Below, one piece after another: positions 53,620-64,000 of a stretch of DNA of 64,000 bases (its first letter is position 1; each line of letters begins with the position of its first letter). The translations under genes were made by a program, and so were the position numbers. This DNA comes from Octopus vulgaris (lineage: Eukaryota), in assembly GCA_951406725.2 (NCBI GenBank), contig OX597828.1, positions 17,918,001 through 17,982,000 on the forward strand. The letters are read 5' to 3'. The notes under the pieces are model-generated. The model saw only the letters and a program-made list of their open reading frames with translations. It made no database searches and had not been told where the DNA came from.

Positions 53620-55546
53620 TCTGATTTTGGTTCAATGCCAGTAATTTTGCGGAGCGGTCTCAAGTCAATTACGTAGAACCCTGAAACGTTAATCACAAAT
53701 TTGACAAAGGAGAAATTTGAACTCAGAACGTGAAGAACTGGATGAAATGTCGCTATTCATTTTGTCTGCTTTGCTCGCGATTCAACCAGCTCGCCGCGTG
53801 AATAATAATAATAATAATAATTTTGAGGGAGGGTGGCTAGTCGATTATATCGACCCCAGAGTTAAATTTGTGCATTTATTTCATCGACCCCCTAAAGAAT
53901 CAGAGACAATGCCGACCGCAGCGGAATATGAACTCCCATGGTAAAGACGGACGAAACGCCGCTAAGCATTTTACTTGGCGTGTTAGCGAATCTACCAGCT
54001 CGCATGGTAATGATAACAATAATATTAACAATAATAATAATAACCGTTTCTACTATAGGCGCAAGGCCTGAAATTCGGTGAGAGGGGACTAGTTGATTAC
54101 ATTGATACCAGTACTTAATTTATTGACCACGAAATGATAAGAGATAAAGTCGACCTCGGTGGATTTTGAACTCAGAAGACAAAGATGGAGATAATGCTTT
54201 TAAGCCTTTCGCTCGGAGTGCTAACGTTTCTTATTTCTTTATTGCCCACAAGGGGCTATACATAGAGGGGACAAACAAGGACAGACAAAGGAATTAAGTC
54301 GATTACATCGACCCCAGTGTGTAACTGGTACTTAATTTATCTACCCCGAAAGAATGAAAGGCAAAGTCGACCTCGGCGGAATTTGAACTCAGAACGTAGC
54401 GGCAGACGAAATACCTATTTCTTTACTACCCACAAGGGGCTAAACACAGAGAGGACAAACAAGGACAGACGCACAGATTAAGTCGATTATATCGATCGCA
54501 GTGCGTAACTGGTACTTAATTTATCGACCCTGAAAGGATGAAAGGCAAAGTCGACCTCGGCGGAATTTGAACTCAGAACGTAACGGCAGACGAAATATCG
54601 GTTAGCATTTCGCCCGGCGCGCTAACGTTTCTGCCAGCTCGCCGCCTTCTCAATACTTATAACTGTTTTAGTATAGGCACGGGACCTGAATTTTTTGGAG
54701 AGTGGTGCTAATCGATTATATCGACTCCAGCCCCCGATTGGTACTTACTTATTGACCTCGGAAGAAATTTGAAAAATGCGCTAAGCATTTCATCCGATGC
54801 GGTAACAATTTTGCCAGCTCACCGCCTTTAATAATACCTACAACAACAACAACATAATAGTAATATAAATCTAAATGTTTGACACTGGGGCAGAAGTTTT
54901 GAGGGGTGGGACAACTCGAATGCACCGACGCCAATGCACAATTGATACGTGTTTTATCGACTTCAAAAGGACGAAACGCAAAGTCGACCTCAATGGAAAT
55001 TGAACGCAGAACAGTAAATACGGACGAAATGCCGCTAAGCATGTTGTCCGGCGTGCTAACTATTCTGCCCAGTAATAATTGTAGCACTGAACTTATCGAC
55101 TACGATTTTATGAAAAAAATTATTCGATGCTTTTTATATAGCAACAAACATGGTTATTATTTCTTTATTGCCCACAAGGGGCTAAACATAGAGGGGACAA
55201 ACAAGGAGAGACAAACGGATTAAGTCGATTATATCGACCCCAGTGTGTAACTGGTACTTAATTTATCGACCCCGAAAGGATGAAAGGCAAAGTCGACCTC
55301 GGCGGAATTTGAACTCAGAACGTAACGGCAGACGAAACACGGTTAAGTATCTAATAAGGCAAGCAATATTAAAATGGTTCCAATTAGTAAATAATCCTTT
55401 CTATAATAGGCACAAGGCCTGAAATTTTGTCACTGGTACTTATTTCATCGACTCCGAAAGGATGAAAGGTAAAGTTGGCCTCGGCGGGTTTTGAACTGAG
55501 AACGTAAAGATGCACGAAATGCCGCTAAGCATTTTGCCCGGCGTGC
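53620..55546 (-). mobile_element. Dense same-orientation pile-up of about 9-10 SINE family B copies of different ages, including a dimer at 54232-54648
   Basis: GTCGACCTCGG..TTTGAACTCAGAAC and TAAGCATTT motifs repeat about every 200 bp. Confidence 0.88.
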
Positions 55547-55899
55547 AAAATTATGTGCACTATTGCTAGTTCCCGAACGCGAATTTTATATTCAGATTAT
55601 ATTGTTTCGTTGTGTAGTCTAGATAAAACAGCATACTTTTTTGTTAATCACAAAAGTAACAACTTCTGCCAGTGACATAAAAGTTCAATTCAGTCTACAT
55701 TCGGAATGGAATGTATTCTAAAGAAATTTTGCTTACAAACATCGCTTTGCTTCTTTAGGTCCGAAAAAGAACAGCCGTAAAATGGCTAGATATTCACCAA
55801 ATCCAAGATTAATTATCTGTTCTTGTCTCCTTAGGTATCTAACTGAATAGCAGCAATTCTGAGAAAGTTCAATGTTTTTTTTATTATCACTATTATTAT

Positions 55900-56620
55900 T
55901 ATTCTGAACTCTAGTAATATATCTTTATGATGTCAGTGTGAGTTGCTTTGATAAATGCGGTGAGGTCAAATTCTGATAGGGCAAGGAGACTGAGTCAGAA
56001 GACGGAATATACTTGGCTTCATATTGCGTAATACATACATAAAAAATAGATAAATATATATAGAGAAAGAAATGAAAAGAAGATATTACAAATCATTACG
56101 GATAGACGACGAATTGTACAAGTATTTGAAAATCAACGAAAGAAAGAAGTTGGAATATGACACTGTAGGAAAAAGATGATTTCAAAATGAAGACATCATT
56201 CCATTTGCCGAATAATTCTAAAGAACGAATTGAGTTCAAAAAATAAGATGAAAGTGATCAACTGTCTGGCAATACTGGCAGAAACAGAAAGATTCCGTGT
56301 AATACCTTTGAAGCCAAACACGAGATAAAGAACAATAAAAAATAAATGTAGACACAAGAAAGCGAAAAGAAGAAAACAATAGCATTTTACGTTGCATCAT
56401 TCAAAGGCTGACTCATTGCATTTACATACCAAGACAAGATGGCGACATAAGTTTTAGGAAATAGAAGAATGGCCTATATAAGTTCGGCATTTGGCTTAGA
56501 AACTTACTTACCTCTAATAAGAAACAACAGCAACAACAAAAAAGACCGTCTATAAACAGGTAGCGAGTAATAAAACAAGCTTCACTCAAAAATGAAGAAA
56601 AAAAATCTTTAGCAGAAATA
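55900..56620 (+). mobile_element. Highly decayed R4/Dong-like LINE RT fragment
   Basis: Frameshifted FDKCGEVKF..GK, ELYKYL, RIILKNELSSKNKMKVINCLAI and HHSKAD..IYIPRQDG match the order of R4-clade post-catalytic motifs. Confidence 0.6.
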
Positions 56621-57387
56621 TGAACAGCAATCACTCACAGCCATGAAAACACGCGCACACGAATTCACTTAGAAGACAAATAATGTAAATGCAGAAATGT
56701 AGCAACGGAAGGAAAATAAATAAAAATAAGTCAATTGCGAAGAGAGAAACTGAAATCCCTTTTTATGGATAATTTCCAGAAACGAAAGAACAAATATTGC
56801 AAATTGTAATAGATCTTATAAGATTGCTAAAACCCGAAAAATACACACATTCTTAACGAATATATAGACGAAGTAAAGACATGTGTAGCAGAAACAGGAA
56901 TCCAAAACGTACATAAGTTAAACGTTAATCATAATAATAACAGAGAGAGACATAAAAGAAAGAAAATACGTAGCTATAGAGGCAAAATGGGACAAGAGAT
57001 AAATGGCGTTTCTGAAGTGGGAACTAAAATGGAAACTAGATAGAATGTCACATGAACGTTTGAAATTGAATATGTAATCCAGGAGCGTGAGAAATATTTG
57101 GCTTGAAAATCACTTAGAAATAAGTGTATGTCTAATAAGAGCGCAAACACATGGTTCCGTTATCTATCCAACCGCTTGGCACCTTGAGCAAGATCTAGGA
57201 AAACTACAACGTTTGCAGTAAAATTTGCTAAGCGGAAACTTTACCGAAACACGTCGTTGTGCATATACATACACACAACTGCCATTGAATCTGGTAGGCC
57301 GTCTATAAGGCTTAGCGCTTTATAAATGCGAAACTATTGGTCATTGTATGACCGGACATATATTTAACTGCTTGTAAATATGTTATA

Positions 57388-57786
57388 GCCCGAGGCTTCA
57401 GGAGAAGACACTTGCCCTGCGGGGCACCTTGGGCAAGTGTCTTCTACTGTAGCCTCGGGTCGACCAAAGCCTTGTGAGTGGATTTGGTAGACGGAAACTG
57501 AAAGAAGCCCGTCGTATATATGTATATATATATATGTGCGTGTATGTTTGTGTGTGTGTGTGTGTGCGTGTATGTTTGTGTGTCTGTGTTTGTCCCATCC
57601 AGCATCGCTTGAGAACCGATGCTGGTGTGTTTATGTCCCCGTCACTTAGTGGTTCGGCAAAAGAGACCGATAGAATAAGTACTGGGCTTACAAAGAATAA
57701 GTCCCGGGGTCGAGTTGCTCGATTAAAGGCGGTGATCCAGCATGGTCGCAGTCAAATGACTGAAACAAGTAAAAGAGTAAAAGAGT
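57388..57786 (+). mobile_element. 5'-truncated SINE family A with a fold-back at its 5' end
   Basis: The family A body starts at about 57423; 57388-57417 is an inverted copy of 57431-57459. Confidence 0.88.
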
Positions 57787-57903
57787 ATATGTTTATGTAT
57801 TTATTTTGCAAGGTTCCTCTTGTAAAATCGTATGTTGAAATAGATATTGTTATATTTTAGGATGGTTATACTTTCTTGCCAATTAATCACACAGACATAC
57901 ATA

Positions 57904-57948
<45 letters not shown>

Positions 57949-58824
57949 ACACACACCCACATACACACACACGCCAGACACTTGGTCTTACCTTCAGCTT
58001 TATTATTATTCTTACTTTAGTAACTTTTGTCTGAAATCTTTCGTCACACATCCTGCGACCTCTTCTGCGGCTCTCCATCCCACGTGATTCCTCCTGTTCT
58101 GGTTTGTCCATTCTGTCTCTCTGTGGTGTGTATCCATTTCTGCACATGTATTTGCATCTGTGTCTGCATATGTGTGGTGTGTGTATGTGAATTTAGTATG
58201 TGTGCTTTGGGTGTGTGTGTCTATTGGTTTGCTTACTACACTGTTGGTATCCGCGTCTTTTACTTCATTATTTTTTTGTTTATTTACTTCTTTATCTATA
58301 TTTTACTCATCCCGTTTTTAGTATGTGTGCATGTGTTTGTATGTGCGTGCATGGGTTTACTTAATATACTGTATATATATGTGTCTCTTTTCTCCTCTCA
58401 TCCTCTCTTTAGTATGGTGAGTTGAATGGGTGTTATTATTTCGTTCATGCTATCTGTTGAGGCTTGGTCTCTTTATTACTACGTGTGTGACATCTATAAT
58501 CAGTCTAAGTGCGTGTCTGTTGTATGTGTTGATAACGGATTATTAACCGAGCCTCCATGTGCTAATTGAATATGTTGTTAGTGCATTGTCGAGTTTTTCT
58601 CCTCCTTTAACTCCCGCCAGTGGTCACATATTCGTTCACCTAATCTACGGGCAGTGTCGCTATGAATTTTGTTGTCCTATTTCTTAACTGTCCCTCAGTA
58701 CAACGGATGCTATAGTCTACGTTTCAAATTTTACATCCCTAATTCTGAACTGTAATATTAGGAATGTAGTGTGTGTATGTGTATGCATAGGTGTATACAT
58801 ATATACACACATATATATATATAT

Positions 58825-58936
58825 AAATTAATGCAAACATGAAAACACAAAAAAAAACACAACAACGCGAGGACTTGGAACAAATATAGTATTATTGGAC
58901 GCTCAGGAAAGAAGGAAAGAAGGAGAGTTTAACGTT

Positions 58937-58937
<1 letters not shown>
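58825..58937 (-). mobile_element. Truncated copy of the 6001-6200 hammerhead-bearing family
   Basis: CAACGCGAGGACTTGGAACAAATATAGTATTATTGGACGCTCAGGAAAGAAGGAAAGAAGG is a near-exact reverse complement of 6108-6168, flanked by TA tracts. Confidence 0.8.
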
Positions 58938-59026
<89 letters not shown>

Positions 59027-59619
59027 AGTATATATATAGAGTACATATCTGTAATCACTTTTTTCAAAGAATTAAAGTTTCAGTTCTTTTACCTTCTCCC
59101 TGTGGCGTACATATTGCACAGAGCCATTCTCCTTTGTGTAGTGCTGAAGGATTACTTCGAGGTCCGCTATTACTATGATGCTTCTGACGATCAAAATTGG
59201 GATCAGCAATCTATATATAGATTATGTATAGAATACAGGACTGAGAATAAACGCTCTCCACAGGAGTAGCACGGTGTAGTTTCCCCTTTTTTTAAATGAT
59301 CTTAGGACCGAATTAGCCACATGCCATCACGGTGTCTTAGTACTATTGTCATGGAGATTTATATGCCATGCACCGATTCTGACTTTGGACCCGAATGATC
59401 TTCTGGTCCTGTATATTCTGACAGCAATCTGCTTGTGGGCTTTGTGAGGTGCTGGGCCGATATGTGTGTGTGTGCGCGCGCGCTTGTGTTTGTGCATATA
59501 TATACGTGTACATATTAATACATACATACACGCACACACAGAAAGGGAAGGGAAAAGGAGGAGGGGGAAGAGAGAGGGATATTAACAGGGATATTTTTAT
59601 TGTATTTATTATTGTATTT

Positions 59620-59918
59620 ATATTTGCGTAACTTTGTCCGTTTTTTTTCCGTCCTTGTTTTTGTATATATTCGCTGCTTTCTTCCAAGGAGTCAAATGCT
59701 CTTAGCTTAGTTTGTCATTGGGGTTGGCCAGACTGGAGCAATCTCAATAATAGTCAGCCGAAAATGCGAGGGTAATCTGGTACTGACAAAAGGAAGCTTC
59801 CAATGACCCATCCTTGTTTTCATTCTATCGTCTATCTGGATGCTTTCTTCTTTTGTCCTTTTTTTTATCACCTAGCTGTTCGGAAATTTTTGCGTTCTTG
59901 TCCCATTGTGTATTTTTT
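59620..59918 (+). mobile_element. Interspersed repeat (Penelope-like terminus?) with an inverted homologue at 63288-63472
   Basis: TTCTTCCAAGGA..CTTAGCTTAGTTT..TGGCCAGA.TGGAGCAATCTCAA and TGCGTTCTTGTCC are shared. Confidence 0.6.
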
Positions 59919-59930
59919 ATATATATACAT

Positions 59931-60357
59931 AAGGAGTGGCTCTCTGGTAAGCAGCTTGCTTGCCAACCACATGGTTCTGAGTTCAATCCCACTGCGTGAC
60001 ACCTTGGGCAAGTGTCTTCTACTATAGCCTCGGATCGACCAAAGCCTTGTGAGTGGATTTGGTAGACGAAAACTGAAAGAAGCCCGTCGTATATATGTAT
60101 ATATATATATAAGTATGTGTGCGTGTGTCTATGTTTGTATGTCTGTGTTTTTCCATCCAACATCGCTTATCAACCCATGCTAGTGTGTTTACGTCCCCGC
60201 AACTTAGTGGTTCGGCAAATGGGACCAATAGAATAAGTACTAGGCTTACAAAGAATAAGTCCCGGAGTCGAGTTGCTCGACTAAAAGCGGTGCTGCATCA
60301 TGGCCACAGTCAAATGACTGAAACAAGTAAAAGAGTAAAAGAGTAAAAGAGTAAAAG
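59931..60357 (+). mobile_element. SINE family A, full length
   Basis: Colinear with 19404-19851, with a (GTAAAAGA)n tail. Confidence 0.9.
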
Positions 60358-60727
60358 TGATATCAACAGAAGGGTGCCAGAAAGAAAGAAAAGAAAATGT
60401 CTAAGAAGCTACAACACACATGTGCAATCTCTGTCGACCGAAGTCACTACAATTTCGACACCTAAGGTATTTATGCATATTAGTTTGTACTGGTGTTCGT
60501 CTACGCGCGTCGGTATGTGACGTAATCAAATCATTCAAAGAAATGTTAAATGTATTGTTTCCTAGTAAACGTTGTTTCTAGTAATTATTCAAAAGAATGT
60601 TAAACACATTGTTTTCTAGTCAACGCATTAAAACGCAACTTTATAATAGGCCATTAGTGAAATCCCAAACATGAACGAGTATCAGGTTAGATACTACTAC
60701 TACCACTACTACTACTACTACTACTAC

Positions 60728-60779
<52 letters not shown>

Positions 60780-60867
60780 CATAGTAATAATACTCATAGT
60801 AATACGAGCAGTAGTAGTAATAATAGCAGCAACAGCAGCAGTAGTAGTAGTAGTAGTAGTAGTAGTA

Positions 60868-60968
60868 AGGTACTTATTCTATCGGTCTCTTTTGCCGAAC
60901 CGTTAAGTTACTGGGACGTCAACATACCAACACCGGTTGTCAGGTGGTGATGGGGATAAACAGACATA

Positions 60969-61015
<47 letters not shown>

Positions 61016-61181
61016 GTACTTATATGCACATATATATACGATGGGCTTCTTTCAGTTTCTGTCTAGCAAATCCACTCACAAGTCTTTGGTCTGCCCGAGG
61101 ATATGGTAGAAGACAATTGTCCAAGGTGTCACACAGTAGGACTGAACCCGGTTGGGAAGCAAGCTTCATACCGCAGAGCCA
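60868..61181 (-). mobile_element. SINE family A, 3'-truncated
   Basis: Reverse complement of the family A head and body. Confidence 0.82.
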
Positions 61182-61203
61182 CATTTGAGCCTCTCTCTCT
61201 CAG

Positions 61204-61893
<690 letters not shown>

Positions 61894-62301
61894 TATATAT
61901 ATGTATATCCTGAATTTATGTCATATTTTGTCAACAATAGTGCCGTTAAATGTCACATTTTTATCTTAGCCCGAGTCAATGCTGACAGTTACGTAGCTAC
62001 AAAAGAACCGGACGCGGATGCATGCGAGTGCAAACAGAATATTTGAACTACATAACTGTGTGTGCCTTTTCATCTCGCTTATTTAAGGCCTGCTACAACA
62101 TTACACCAATCTTTGTTATGTGATATTAATGCAATATTTCATGTGTCAAATAAGAACAGACAAGAGATGTTAAGCTCCTATTTCAGTTACGAATAAGTTA
62201 TAACGAGCCTCGTTTGTTTTTCCCTATTTCATAGGAATATTCGTTAAATTGAGTAATAGAGAAAACATGCGTTTCAACAATGTCTTATACGCACACACGC
62301 A

Positions 62302-62362
<61 letters not shown>

Positions 62363-62765
62363 ACATACACGCACACACGCACACAAACTCACACTCACTC
62401 ACACAGATGTGCATACATGTATGTGCGTATTATATATATAGACACACATATGTGTATATATATGTATGTATTTATATGTGTGTATATATGCGTATATATA
62501 TGTATATATATGTATATGTATATATATATATGCATATATGTGTATATGTATATATGTTATATATATGTATATATATATATATATATCATATATATGCCTA
62601 TATATAAATATAAATAAATAAATATAAATATATATATATATAAGTATACATATATGCATATATACATATATAAATATAAGTGTATATGTGTATATTTACA
62701 TATATATATTTATGTATATATGTATGTAGATATATATGTACATACAAGAATTAGTACAAACACAT

Positions 62766-62833
<68 letters not shown>

Positions 62834-63047
62834 GCTCACAGAACATAAGTAGTTGCCATAACTGAATTAGACTCGTGGGAATAGTAACAATAACGTAAAC
62901 CTACTAGAACAATGATAATACGCGAAATTATTTGTTTCTGATGGTTTGGCGCTATTAGATGCAGCAGATGGTTTTTGAATCGCCCTTAATATGTCGGGAG
63001 TATAAATAGATGTTCAAAAGGATACGACCATTTTATATATATAAACA

Positions 63048-63472
<425 letters not shown>

Positions 63473-63474
63473 TC

Positions 63475-63523
<49 letters not shown>

Positions 63524-64000
63524 GCACACAATAAGTGGGTTTAACAAGAAGGAATAAAATTTAATTTTAGACGATAGTGCTTAAGACCATGCGCAATCTG
63601 TCTCATATTTTTGCAGATGTAGAGTGACTCTTAATTATAGAGTTTTTCAATAAATATAACTCGAGTGAGGTGCGGTGATAAAGTTGTTAAACAAAGGGTG
63701 AGTTTGTTTGAGAAACTAAGCGTGACAAAGCGATTAAGAATGAGTGACGTAGAAAGATGGCGTCCATGTTTTATGTATGTAGGTAGGGTGCAGCCTTAGC
63801 GGGCGGAATAAACAGAATGCGCATATGTCTAGTTCAGGAATACAAGTAATGTTATTATATGTTGTGGGTTTGTCAGTATTTCTGTGAGCACGTGTGTGCT
63901 TGTGTGTGTGAGGATATGTATGCGTTTGTGTGATCATATATTTTGTTTCCTTAATAAACAAAATCTGCTTCACCCATGCACACACACATTTACACGCATA

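Noticed and set aside
53620-55546. CRISPR-like repeat-spacer array
   Set aside because: The units are SINE copies of about 185 bp without unique spacers; the context is eukaryotic and there are no cas genes.
59720-59782. HDV-like ribozyme pseudoknot (GGTTGGC/GTCAGCC and CCAGA/TCTGG pairings)
   Set aside because: There is no P3/L3/P1.1 consensus, and the pairings are not kept in the 63.4 kb copy.

Overview
This is non-genic, repeat-saturated, AT-rich animal DNA. The SINE families and the density of (TA)n/(CA)n/(TAA)n/(GAA)n microsatellites suggest an Octopus-like cephalopod (inference). I find no credible host protein-coding exon; nearly all ORF-track entries are microsatellite translations. 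Recognisable content is: a chimeric LINE at the left edge (decayed RTE-BovB-like endonuclease/linker joined in frame to an open RT of a different RTE-type lineage); further RTE and R4/Dong-like LINE remnants; several decayed Tc1/mariner elements and MITEs; a Helentron-like non-autonomous element; and at least four short interspersed repeat families. The most interesting signal is a set of short non-coding elements sitting in (TA)n tracts that carry type I hammerhead-ribozyme motifs. One has a canonical core (24415-24479, minus). One family shows a compensatory change in helix I but non-canonical catalytic cores (CCGAC(G/A)A, CUGUAGA), and others are decayed. They resemble Penelope-like/retrozyme-type non-autonomous retroelements. 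All alignments, folds and translations were done by eye, so boundaries are approximate.
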